Origin: an uncultured Pseudomonadota bacterium
GTDB lineage: Bacteria; Babelota; Babeliae; Babelales; Vermiphilaceae
NCBI GenBank assembly: GCA_964440325.1
Contig: CAYTRW010000003.1
Span: 2,924 to 66,923 of the forward strand
Direction of reading: 5' to 3'
DNA length: 64,000 nucleotides
A model generated the notes under the pieces. It ran no database searches. It had not been told where the DNA came from and was given only the letters and a program-made list of their open reading frames with translations. Position numbers and translations under genes: made by a program. How positions within the stretch are numbered: position 1 is the first letter of the stretch; the number at the start of each line of letters is the position of its first letter. Shown in pieces: positions 8,935-17,826 of this stretch.

Positions 8935-11028
8935 TTATAGTCCCATGCTTTTAAAAAAAGCATCACTTTCTGGGGTTCTTCCCAAAAAATTAATAAGAAG
9001 GTCAGTTGGGTCACACGTTCCACCTTTTGCCAGTATGCATGTAGCGTATTTTGAGCCAATTTCTGGATTTAAAAGTCCATAGATTTTTATTTGATCAAAA
9101 ATATCCAGCGCAAATACTTTTGACCACATATAACCATAATATTTTGCATCATATCCACAGAGATGTCCAAAGTTGGCGTACATGTGATTTTCTTCATCAA
9201 ACCGTGAAGTGCTGATAAATGTTTCATATGCCTCTTTAAACAATCGGTAAATATCAACAGAGTCATCTTTTTGGTGTAAATTAAGAGAAACAAATGATAA
9301 CCATACTTGTCGCTGCAAAAAACTTCCAGATCCATCGTTTTTGAGTGCGATTATGGTATCAATAGTTTGATCATCAAGAGTTTCTCCGGTCTTGTAATGG
9401 CAACTAAGCATTTTTAAAATATCTTTATTATCAATCCATTCTTCAAGCATTTGAGATGGAAGTTCTACAAAATCTCTTTTTACATTGGTACCTGAAAGAC
9501 AAGCGATTGTTGTTGCTCCAAACAATGCATGCAGCGCGTGGCCAAATTCATGAAAGAATGTACTTACATCTGAGCGCTTTAAAAGAGCAGGGGAATCACT
9601 TGTTGCTCTGGGGAAGTTTGCCATAACAACAACGGCTCCAGGATGCAATGTGTTTTCTTCTGTTAAAAAAGCAGGAATAAAACTTGCTTTTGCAGCATGA
9701 GAAAATTTGCCTTCACGAGGGAAAAGATCAAGAAAAATAGACCCATATAATATTTTTTCATCATTGTCATAAAGTTGAATACAGAGTACATCCTGATGCC
9801 AAGATTTAGTGAGGGGACAACTTTTGAGCTTTATATTAAAAAAAGACTCATAAATTGAAAAAAGGCCTTTTATAGTATGATCTAGAGGAAAGTATTCTGC
9901 TATTTTTTGTTCATCAAGATTAAAATGATTTTTTTTGTATTGAGTTTGTAAAAAAATACCATTCCATGGATCAATCTTCCCATCATCGTAGAAGGATACC
10001 GATTCAGGAAGGTTTTGTGTCCAGGTTGCAAGTTCTTGTTTTGCTTTTATTTGTGCTTTTTCAAGTAATTCATTTAAAAAACTTTTTACTGTTTCAGGAT
10101 CTTTTGCCATTTGATCTGCTAGGTCAAAGTGTGCGTATGTTTTAAACCCAAGAAGTTGGGCAAGCTTATTTCGCTTGATAAGGATCTCTTGCAGCAGGAC
10201 TTCATTCATTGGATATGCACGATTATTAAATGCACGAGAAAGGCGCTTGCGCGTATCTTCTACGATACAATTTTCCATAATGGTATAAAATGTTGGGTAA
10301 TCAACGCCAACAATATATTTTCCTGATGAATCTTTTGGGAGCCTTTGCACAAATGCATCGTCAACTCCTGCAAGATCTTCTTTGGTTGCTTGAATAGAGC
10401 TGCAGTCTTCTGCAATATTCCGTTCAAATTGTACAGAAAGAGATGCGATTTCTTTTTTAAGATTGGAGACTTGTTCAAGAAGTTCATCAGGAAGATTGAG
10501 CCCTTGCCGTTCGTAATCAGCTATTGTTTCAGCAATAAAATACTGCTGTTCAGGTGAAAGAGAGGTATTATTTTTATTATTAACAGCAAAAATTTTGAGT
10601 GATTTATAAAGGGCTTTATTGCTTCCAAGTTTATCAACATAAAATGACTGTAAGAGGATTATTGCTTCATGAGCTGCATCACGAACTTCTTTTCGAGGGC
10701 TTACTGATTCAAGAATAGAGCACAGATTAGAAAAGAGTGCAAGATTTGATTTTGCGCATAAATTATCAAAGGCCTTAAAGCTATTTTGATATGTTTGTTT
10801 ATCTGCAGAAATAGTAAGAATATGTGCAATTTCTTGTTCTGCTTGGGCCATAAACATATGGGCTTTGTTTTTTATTTCTTCTGGTTCAAGTAAAAAACAT
10901 TGAGTGAGTGTATTAATATTGTATGAACTATTTAGCATATCGATGTCCCGAGAGCAAAATCCAAGGCGTACTACACAGAGGGTAAGTATGCAAAGGGTTG
11001 TCAAAATTCCTATTTTTATCGCATTCAT
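8935..11028 (-). CDS. M3-family zinc metallo-oligopeptidase (oligopeptidase A/thimet/Dcp-like) with an N-terminal signal peptide
   Basis: HEXXH zinc motif in FFHEFGHALHALFG and overall M3 architecture at 697 aa. Hydrophobic N-terminus MNAIKIGILTTLCILTLCVV. The start overlaps the uvrB stop (ATGA coupling), which supports the long N-terminus. Confidence 0.85.
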   Translation of the reverse strand: MNAIKIGILTTLCILTLCVVRLGFCSRDIDMLNSSYNINTLTQCFLLEPEEIKNKAHMFMAQAEQEIAHILTISADKQTYQNSFKAFDNLCAKSNLALFSNLCSILESVSPRKEVRDAAHEAIILLQSFYVDKLGSNKALYKSLKIFAVNNKNNTSLSPEQQYFIAETIADYERQGLNLPDELLEQVSNLKKEIASLSVQFERNIAEDCSSIQATKEDLAGVDDAFVQRLPKDSSGKYIVGVDYPTFYTIMENCIVEDTRKRLSRAFNNRAYPMNEVLLQEILIKRNKLAQLLGFKTYAHFDLADQMAKDPETVKSFLNELLEKAQIKAKQELATWTQNLPESVSFYDDGKIDPWNGIFLQTQYKKNHFNLDEQKIAEYFPLDHTIKGLFSIYESFFNIKLKSCPLTKSWHQDVLCIQLYDNDEKILYGSIFLDLFPREGKFSHAAKASFIPAFLTEENTLHPGAVVVMANFPRATSDSPALLKRSDVSTFFHEFGHALHALFGATTIACLSGTNVKRDFVELPSQMLEEWIDNKDILKMLSCHYKTGETLDDQTIDTIIALKNDGSGSFLQRQVWLSFVSLNLHQKDDSVDIYRLFKEAYETFISTSRFDEENHMYANFGHLCGYDAKYYGYMWSKVFALDIFDQIKIYGLLNPEIGSKYATCILAKGGTCDPTDLLINFLGRTPESDAFFKSMGL

Positions 11029-13022
11029 TTTTTTTTCTCATTTTTTTGGGGCAATTCAATTTGTTGATTTAATGCAATCCATTCTTCTCGTAATGTGATC
11101 GCTGTTTCAAAATCTAGCTTTTCAGCAGCGCGTTGCATTTGTGCTTCAAGAGCAATAAGTCTTGCATGAATCGCTTCTGGGCTTGTAGCGTCTTTTTGTT
11201 TTTCTTCTTTTTTACGTTGTTTGCTGGCTTGTGCAATTGCATGTTGGATGCCAGAGATTGATTTAGTGACTTCACGCATGACTGTTGAAGGAGTAATGTT
11301 ATGTTTTTTGTTATAATCTTGTTGTAGTTGTCTTCTGCGCGCAGTTTCATGCATGGCAGATTCCATAGACTTTGTAATGGTATCTGCATATAAAATAACG
11401 TGAGAATCTGCATTGCGTGCAGCTCGCCCAATAATCTGGATTAATGAACGTTTGTCTCGCAAAAAACTTTCGATATCTGCATCCATAATTGCAACAAGTG
11501 CAACTTCTGGTAAATCAATTCCTTCGCGTAGCAGGTTTACACCTACTAGACAATCAAATTCTCCTGCGCGCAACTTTAAAAGCAACTCTGTTCGTTGTGG
11601 TGTTTTTAGTTCGCTGTGCAAATAACATACTTTTATGCCACGATCTTCAAGGTATTGTGCAAGCTCTTCAGCAAGTCGCTTGGTCATAACCATAACCAAA
11701 GACCGGTAACCTTTTTTGGTAGTTTCTTGAATCTGTTTTTGCAGATGTGTTAATTGGTTTTCACGCGGATGGATGGTTATTGGTGGATCTATCAGTCCTG
11801 TTGGGCGAATAATTTGCTCAACAGCTTTTTGTGAATGTGAAAGTTCATATTCACTTGGTGTTGCAGAGACAAAAATTGTGTCTTTAAAATATTTTTCTAT
11901 TTCTTCAAATTTAAGAGGACGATTGTCGTAGCTTGATGGCAATCTAAAGCCAAATTCGATTAGTGCTTTTTTGCGTGCACGATCGCCTGCATACATACCA
12001 CGAAGTTGAGGAATTGTAATATGAGATTCATCAATAATTAACAAAAAATCATCGGGGAAAAAATCAAATAAGCAAAAGGGAGGCTCTCCCGTTTTTCTGC
12101 CATCAAAATAGGATGAATAGTTTTCGATACCTGAGCAAAAACCGGTTTCTTTGATCATTTCTATATCGTGAGACACGCGTTGTTTTACTCGTTCTTGATA
12201 TACTTGATTTTCAAGTTGTGGCCACCAATCATCAAGATCGCGCTTGATCATAGAAAGAGCTGTTTCTTTTTTTTCTTCTGTTGTAACAAAGTGCTTGGCC
12301 GGTAAAACGATAGCATTATCAAGGCTCAAAAGAACAGTGTTTTGTTGTCTATTAACCCATTGCATTCGTTCAATACTAGATCCAAAAAGTTCAATGCGAA
12401 GTTTTTCTTTTTGGTATGGCAATATAATCTCAATAGAATTTCCTATTACTTGAAAAGTTCCTGGATCACGAGAGACGTCATTGCGTTTGTATTGAATAAA
12501 AATGAGTGCGTGAATAAGTTCATTTCGATTTATTTTTTGTCCAACATGAAGTTGCAAAGAAAGCTCTTTATAATCAGTTGGATTTCCCAATGAATAAATA
12601 CATGATACTGATGAAACAACAATTGTATCAGAACGATTAATTAAAGAAGCAGTAGCTTCTATGCGGAGTCTTTCAATTTCGCTATTAATGAGAGTTTCTT
12701 TGGGAATATACATATCTTGTGCAGGAAGATATGATTCAGGCTGATAATAATCATAATAACTTACAAAATAACAGACTTTGTTTTGAGGGAAAAAAAGAGA
12801 AAACTCCTCATATAATTGAGCAGCAAGCGTTTTGTTAGGAGCAAGGATTAGTGTAGGCTTTTGTGTGTGTGCAATAACATTGGCAAGAGTAAATGTCTTA
12901 CCAGATCCTGTTACTCCCACAAGCGTGGAAATACTTGGTCGTTGTGTGATAAGCTCTGCAATAGCGGCAGGTTGTCCCCCAGCAGGTTTAAACGGAGAAT
13001 GAAGTATGAATTTTTTTTCCAT
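11025..13022 (-). CDS. uvrB: Excinuclease ABC subunit B
   Basis: Walker A GVTGSGKTFT, full-length UvrB architecture, and the C-terminal UvrB/UvrC interaction motif (LDFETAITLREE). Confidence 0.95.
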   Translation of the reverse strand: MEKKFILHSPFKPAGGQPAAIAELITQRPSISTLVGVTGSGKTFTLANVIAHTQKPTLILAPNKTLAAQLYEEFSLFFPQNKVCYFVSYYDYYQPESYLPAQDMYIPKETLINSEIERLRIEATASLINRSDTIVVSSVSCIYSLGNPTDYKELSLQLHVGQKINRNELIHALIFIQYKRNDVSRDPGTFQVIGNSIEIILPYQKEKLRIELFGSSIERMQWVNRQQNTVLLSLDNAIVLPAKHFVTTEEKKETALSMIKRDLDDWWPQLENQVYQERVKQRVSHDIEMIKETGFCSGIENYSSYFDGRKTGEPPFCLFDFFPDDFLLIIDESHITIPQLRGMYAGDRARKKALIEFGFRLPSSYDNRPLKFEEIEKYFKDTIFVSATPSEYELSHSQKAVEQIIRPTGLIDPPITIHPRENQLTHLQKQIQETTKKGYRSLVMVMTKRLAEELAQYLEDRGIKVCYLHSELKTPQRTELLLKLRAGEFDCLVGVNLLREGIDLPEVALVAIMDADIESFLRDKRSLIQIIGRAARNADSHVILYADTITKSMESAMHETARRRQLQQDYNKKHNITPSTVMREVTKSISGIQHAIAQASKQRKKEEKQKDATSPEAIHARLIALEAQMQRAAEKLDFETAITLREEWIALNQQIELPQKNEKKK

Positions 13023-13083
13023 CTTCTTATTTTTTAAACAAAATATGCGTGTTTTTTTTACAAGAGTATCATGGTTTCTTTGT

Positions 13084-14004
13084 ATGAAAAAACAAATTAT
13101 TGTAATTCTGGCGCTTTTATTTAATATTCCTAGTTTTGGGCTGCAGATTTTTTGGAATGCTCTAAAGAAAAGTATGTTTCCTCAAAAAAGCGAGGAGCAA
13201 CTTTTTAATGAGGCGCTTAATCAAACATATCGATCAAAATATACGCAGTTTGCGCGTTTTTTAGAAAAGCATCCGTTGTGGGTTTTTAAAATTGATTCAT
13301 ATATGCAGTCTGTGTATATGAATGATGTTGTTGAGAAAAAAGATCATGCCAATATTGTACGATTTATTAATGCAGGAATTTCTCCAGATATTCTAGATTA
13401 TTATGGATGCCCATTGCTTGCGCGTGCTATTTTAAGCCATGCAACAGAAACAGTTAAAGTGTTATTGCAGTGTGGATCAGACCCTGAAAAATGTGATAAA
13501 AATCATTTGTCTCCATTGTATTATGCGTGTGTTTTAAAAAAAAAAGAAATGATTAAGTTGTTGGTAAGTGCAGGCGCATCTTTAGATAGGTATATGTTTG
13601 GTAAATTATTATCTGCTGGTACGCATAATGATATTGTTTCGTATGTATGGCAGTTGGTAGATGAAAACCCTGTGTTAGCAGCATCAGAAGGATCTTTGTA
13701 TACCAATAATTTTTCAAGACCTATAGATTTTGCGGTATGTTATTCTCGTTCAGTTACCGGTAAAATAACGCCATTACATGCTCTTTTAAAAAATAAACAT
13801 TTTGATGCAGCATTGACTATCTTTAAGAGCCTTATTGATGAAATTGAAAAGGATCCAAGCAATAAAAGAGCTGCAATTGCAGCTCTTGTTATTTTAAAGC
13901 ATCCTATGCATGATGATAGAACAAAAGCAATTTTAGGGAGAACGTTAATATTTGATTCTAATGGTCGGGTACGAGATTCTTTTATGGAAAAGCTTATGCA
14001 ATAA
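13084..14004 (+). CDS. Secreted ankyrin-repeat protein
   Basis: Signal peptide MKKQIIVILALLFNIPSFG. Ankyrin-type repeats follow (GCPLLARAILSHATETVKVLLQCGSDPEKCDKNHLSPLYYACVLKKKEMIKLLVSAGASLD). Start placed at the internal ATG 13084, since the longer ORF would overlap the divergent uvrB. Confidence 0.7.
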   Translation: MKKQIIVILALLFNIPSFGLQIFWNALKKSMFPQKSEEQLFNEALNQTYRSKYTQFARFLEKHPLWVFKIDSYMQSVYMNDVVEKKDHANIVRFINAGISPDILDYYGCPLLARAILSHATETVKVLLQCGSDPEKCDKNHLSPLYYACVLKKKEMIKLLVSAGASLDRYMFGKLLSAGTHNDIVSYVWQLVDENPVLAASEGSLYTNNFSRPIDFAVCYSRSVTGKITPLHALLKNKHFDAALTIFKSLIDEIEKDPSNKRAAIAALVILKHPMHDDRTKAILGRTLIFDSNGRVRDSFMEKLMQ

Positions 14005-14005
14005 A

Positions 14006-15178
14006 TTATAAAACCGTTCCATAAAATTCTGTTAAACGATCTCCCATTACCTGAGGCATGTAAAAGCGTGAAGTGCGCCATGCATATTCTTGGAGTAGCA
14101 TGTGCAAGTCTTTATCCTGTCTAATTTGCATGATGACTTCTGCCATTTCTTGGGGTGTTTTTACCAAGAAACCATTCATTCCATTTCTGATAATATCACG
14201 TTGCCCTGGGCCGTCTACTGATACAACAGGGGTTCCGCAAGCCATTGATTCAGCAAGAACAATCCCCTGAGTATCTGTTGTTGAAGGAAATAAAAAGAGG
14301 TCCGATCCTTTATAAAACTCAACTAATTCAAGGCCTTTTGATTCTTTGATAAAAAGTACACTTGCGCGGGGTAATCGTAAGCGATCATAGGCATACGATA
14401 CAATGTTTTTGTATTCATCACCGTTTCCAATAACAATGAGTTTAAAATCATTAGGGAGGAGTTTAAATGCTTCAAGCGCAAATAGTATATTTTTTTCTTT
14501 TACCATGCGGCTTACTAGTAAAAGTCTAAATAATTCAAGGCGATGCTTTTGCTTGCAAGGACGGTTTTCATGAATAAAAAAAGATTGTAAAGCGCTTGGT
14601 ATAACTGTAGTTGGCGTAGAGACGCCTTGCTTTATAATATGTTCTTTTACTGCTGTACTTGGAACAATGACAGCATCAACAGCATTGCAATATTGTGTTG
14701 CATATCGTTTTGCAAACCATTGAGCTATTTTTTGAGGGCAGTGAAAATAGTGAGCATAATATTCATAGAGTGTATGATAGGTAAATACAATAGGAATAGA
14801 AAGTTTGCGAGCAACAGCAAGAGCTGCTTTCCCTAATAAAAAAGGATGATGAGTATGAATAATGTCTGGTTTTAGTTCAGAAATAATAGCGGAGAGTTCT
14901 TTTTGTGGGAAAAAGGGAATAGCAATATGTTTTTCTTTGTAAGTAAAGTGTATTGGACATGTAATCCGAAATACATAAGGAGGATCTTGGGGTCGATTAG
15001 GTGCTTTTTTGCTTAAAAAATCAGGAGCAGCAATAAATACTTCATGTCCTGCTAAAGAAAGGGCTTCTGTTGCAGCATTGATTGAGCTTACGACTCCTGC
15101 AGAATAAGGAGTGTAGTTATTAGTAACAAAGAGAATGCGTAGCTTTTTTGATTGTTTCATAATTGTATGATGGTTCAA
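14006..15178 (-). CDS. Glycosyltransferase family 4 (GT-B, group 1)
   Basis: N-terminal RILFVTNNYTPYSAGVVSSINAATEALSLAGHEV and a C-terminal GT1 domain with the E-x7-E region. Confidence 0.8.
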   Translation of the reverse strand: MNHHTIMKQSKKLRILFVTNNYTPYSAGVVSSINAATEALSLAGHEVFIAAPDFLSKKAPNRPQDPPYVFRITCPIHFTYKEKHIAIPFFPQKELSAIISELKPDIIHTHHPFLLGKAALAVARKLSIPIVFTYHTLYEYYAHYFHCPQKIAQWFAKRYATQYCNAVDAVIVPSTAVKEHIIKQGVSTPTTVIPSALQSFFIHENRPCKQKHRLELFRLLLVSRMVKEKNILFALEAFKLLPNDFKLIVIGNGDEYKNIVSYAYDRLRLPRASVLFIKESKGLELVEFYKGSDLFLFPSTTDTQGIVLAESMACGTPVVSVDGPGQRDIIRNGMNGFLVKTPQEMAEVIMQIRQDKDLHMLLQEYAWRTSRFYMPQVMGDRLTEFYGTVL

Positions 15179-15188
15179 TATGTAAAAA

Positions 15189-15632
15189 TTAACACCACAT
15201 CTTTGATATCAGATAATCAAGAGAAAAGCGACCAGATCCTGAAATTGAAAGTGAAATAAGGGCGATAAAAAGAGTTATAGGTAAAGCAATGGCATTAGTT
15301 TTAGTATCCTTTCTTTTATGTACATCAATTGCTACCAACATGACGCACGCTATTAAAAGAGCAGCAAGTCTCATTTTTAATCCGATAATGCAAAGCAACC
15401 CTCCACATGTTTGGATTAGTGATGCAAAAATGCCCCAAAGCGTGGGAGTAAAGGTGATACCAAAAGATGCAAGTTGAGAACCCATCCATTCCCACTCAGC
15501 CTTTCCTTTTTTCAGATGCTCAAATCCATAATGAAAAAAAAGAGCGCCAACTCCTATCCGTAGAATCAAGATACCAAGATCTTTTGAAAAAACTGTTCCC
15601 GCTGATGAAATAAACGAAAGAAAGTTTATCAT
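15189..15632 (-). CDS. DoxX-family membrane protein
   Basis: About 145 aa and 4 TM; DoxX signature LILRIGVGALFFHYGFEHL. Confidence 0.7.
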   Translation of the reverse strand: MINFLSFISSAGTVFSKDLGILILRIGVGALFFHYGFEHLKKGKAEWEWMGSQLASFGITFTPTLWGIFASLIQTCGGLLCIIGLKMRLAALLIACVMLVAIDVHKRKDTKTNAIALPITLFIALISLSISGSGRFSLDYLISKMWC

Positions 15633-15644
15633 AAATACTCCTTT

Positions 15645-16037
15645 TTATATCAAATGATAACTTGTAATAAGCAACAGGATATTAATGATATATATGCTTG
15701 TACAGAGCAGGCATGCAGTGCGAATGATAAAATATAAAATACTCGCAAGAACTATTGCCCCTCCAAAGCCAAATATACTTAATGCAAAAACTGTTTTATA
15801 TAAATCAAAGAATGATGCAGTAATAATTGCACTATAAAAAATAATGCCCCAGACACTGTTTGAAATCGCAAAAAAAGTAGCATATTTGCTTGTAATTACT
15901 TTTGAGCACGAAACTTTATCAGAAATATCACAAAAGGGAACATAGTTTTTATTTGTTTTAATTTTTTGCTCAAGAAAATATGCGTAAGCGGATACGCATA
16001 TGCCAAAAATGGCTAAAATGCTGGTAGATACAATCAT
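15645..16037 (-). CDS. VKOR (vitamin K epoxide reductase)-like membrane thiol oxidoreductase, a DsbB analogue
   Basis: Loop Cys pair (FCDISDKVSCSKV) and a CxxC at the start of the last TM (ACLLCTSIY). Start set at the internal ATG 16037, because the longer ORF would overlap the transaldolase gene by 100 nt. Confidence 0.6.
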   Translation of the reverse strand: MIVSTSILAIFGICVSAYAYFLEQKIKTNKNYVPFCDISDKVSCSKVITSKYATFFAISNSVWGIIFYSAIITASFFDLYKTVFALSIFGFGGAIVLASILYFIIRTACLLCTSIYIINILLLITSYHLI

Positions 16038-16062
16038 CAAAATGCTCCTTTTTTTGCAATGA

Positions 16063-16722
16063 TTATGGGAATTGAGTGGTGTTTGTTTTTGCCCAATCTG
16101 TGTTAAATTGTTGAATTCCGTGGTCTGTAAGTGGGTGTGCCATAATTTTTTCAAAAAGTGCACCCGGAATTGTTATAGCATCTGCCCCTGCCAAAAGTGA
16201 TTCATGTACATGTCGTACGTGACGGATTGAGGCAGCAAGAATTTTTGTTTTAAATCCGTAGGTATCTATTATCATACGCAACTCGCGAATTACCTGAGTG
16301 CCATCAATGTCTATATCATCCCATCGTCCAATAAAAGGAGAAATATAATCTACGCCAAGTTTTGCCATTAATAATCCTTGAATTGCACTAAAAACAAGGG
16401 TGATATTTAGGGGAATATTTTCTTTTTTAAGTTGATGAATAATAGGGTAATAGTTTTTGTGGCATGGGATCTTCACCAAAATATGTGGAGAGATTGCTGC
16501 TATTTTTTTTGCTTGCAGGTATGCCTTTTGGGGATCGTCTTCCGTTATTTCAACACTTATTATCCCTTCTTTAAAAAGAGATAAAATGTCTAGAATGTTT
16601 TGCTTTGGGTTAGTTCCATTTTGAGCAAGCAAAGAAGGGTTTGTAGTAACCCCATCGATTAATCCTGTAGGGATATATTTTTGTATAATATTTATATCTG
16701 CGGTATCAAGAAAAAGCTTCAT
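16063..16722 (-). CDS. Short-type transaldolase / fructose-6-phosphate aldolase (Tal/Fsa family)
   Basis: MKLFLDTADI... with TGLIDGVTTNPSL; the 219 aa length matches the short transaldolase class. Confidence 0.85.
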   Translation of the reverse strand: MKLFLDTADINIIQKYIPTGLIDGVTTNPSLLAQNGTNPKQNILDILSLFKEGIISVEITEDDPQKAYLQAKKIAAISPHILVKIPCHKNYYPIIHQLKKENIPLNITLVFSAIQGLLMAKLGVDYISPFIGRWDDIDIDGTQVIRELRMIIDTYGFKTKILAASIRHVRHVHESLLAGADAITIPGALFEKIMAHPLTDHGIQQFNTDWAKTNTTQFP

Positions 16723-16734
16723 AATAATCCTTTT

Positions 16735-17046
16735 TTACTGATTTTTAATGACCCATTTTTTTCTTGCAAACGGTTGTTTAGCCGGTAAAGGGGTTTCTTT
16801 TTTAGGGGATACTGCTTTAGTGTTGCAAGGAGGAATGTAATTGTCTATAACAATGCAAAAAAAACGGCAAGAAGAGTATGGTTCATGACGATAGCGATCA
16901 GAGCATAAAGAGCTGTGCAAAGATGATGAAATGGTAAGACAAAAAAGTACAAAAGAAAAAGAATTAAAAAAAATAGACATATGATTAAAAAAGTAAAAAA
17001 TAAAAATGATTTGTTTTAGTAAAACAAAAAAAGGGGGGAAGGGCAA
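16735..17046 (-). CDS. Small cysteine-containing secreted protein; probable start at internal Met MSIFFNSFSFVLFCLTISSSLHSS...
   Basis: Hydrophobic signal-like segment, then LCSDRYRHEPYSSCRFFCIVIDNYIPPCNTK... with 4 or more Cys. Tightly packed in the minus-strand operon with VKOR and DoxX. Confidence 0.35.
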   Translation of the reverse strand: MPFPPFFVLLKQIIFIFYFFNHMSIFFNSFSFVLFCLTISSSLHSSLCSDRYRHEPYSSCRFFCIVIDNYIPPCNTKAVSPKKETPLPAKQPFARKKWVIKNQ

Positions 17047-17052
17047 TCCATT

Positions 17053-17691
17053 CTATGCTTTTTTGATTTGTTCCATAGTTCGATGTGTTAGTGCTGAATG
17101 CAAAATGGCTTTAGCAGGTTTTTTGGTAGTAGATGCATATGCATCACCCATTTTTATTAAAAGCCATTGATCTTCATGGGTATGAATAAGAGAAAAAGCT
17201 CCCTGCAATACGTTTCCGGATAGTATTATTTTAATGTGTCCTTTTTTAAGTTGTTCTTTTAAGGAAGGAGTTTTTTTGTTGGGGAGAATATACGGTTCAA
17301 AGGTGCCGTAATCCCAAATCATTACGGTTCCTGCTCCATAATTATCTTTTGGAATTACGCCTTCAAATTGTGCGTATTCAAGAGAATGGTCATCTGTTCT
17401 TATTGCAAGACGTTTATTTTTTGGATTTAATGAAGGACCTTTTGGAATGGCCCATGAGACAAGCACTCCTCCAATTTCAAGGCGAAAGTCAAAATGCTTG
17501 TGAGAAGAGTCATGCTTTTGAATAACAAAAATTGGCTTTTTCTTTTTTCGATTTATTTTTTTTGTGGAAGAAGATTCGGAAGATTTTTTAAAAGAGCGAT
17601 GTGCAGAATAGGTATTGAGTGAATGATCTTTTTTCATAGCATTTGCACAAAAATTAAAACATAACATAAAAAAGCAAAACAAAATAAGCAC
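17053..17691 (-). CDS. Stand-alone LigD-type 3'-phosphoesterase (PE) domain protein with a hydrophobic N-terminus and a Lys/Arg-rich linker
   Basis: Core FVIQKHDSSHKHFDFRLEIGGVLVSWAIPKGPSLNPKNKRLAIRTDDHSLEYAQFEGVIPKDNYGAGTVMIWDYGTF matches the LigD phosphoesterase signature (H-x-H, RLE, WAVPKGPS, D-H-P-L-DY, GGG-TVM-WD). No ligase, polymerase or Ku in the window. The first codon is GTG; alternative ATG starts at 17667 and 17637. Confidence 0.7.
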   Translation of the reverse strand: MLILFCFFMLCFNFCANAMKKDHSLNTYSAHRSFKKSSESSSTKKINRKKKKPIFVIQKHDSSHKHFDFRLEIGGVLVSWAIPKGPSLNPKNKRLAIRTDDHSLEYAQFEGVIPKDNYGAGTVMIWDYGTFEPYILPNKKTPSLKEQLKKGHIKIILSGNVLQGAFSLIHTHEDQWLLIKMGDAYASTTKKPAKAILHSALTHRTMEQIKKA

Positions 17692-17826
17692 AAGCGTCTG
17701 CCATGGTAATAACTTTTTATGTACTATACTGACTTACAAATACGTGATGCAAGAGTTTATTATTTTTAGTGACGAGCAAGAGATCAGGCGATATACTCAA
17801 AAAAACAGTGACCGTGAAAGGGAATC

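Noticed and set aside
13006-13083. Upstream start (13006) for the ankyrin protein, overlapping uvrB
   Set aside because: It would overlap the divergent uvrB start codon region. The internal ATG at 13084 gives a clean signal peptide.
15645-16163. Long form of the VKOR ORF starting at 16163
   Set aside because: It overlaps the 3' 100 nt of the transaldolase gene in another frame. The internal ATG at 16037 gives a typical VKOR length with a 25-nt intergenic gap.
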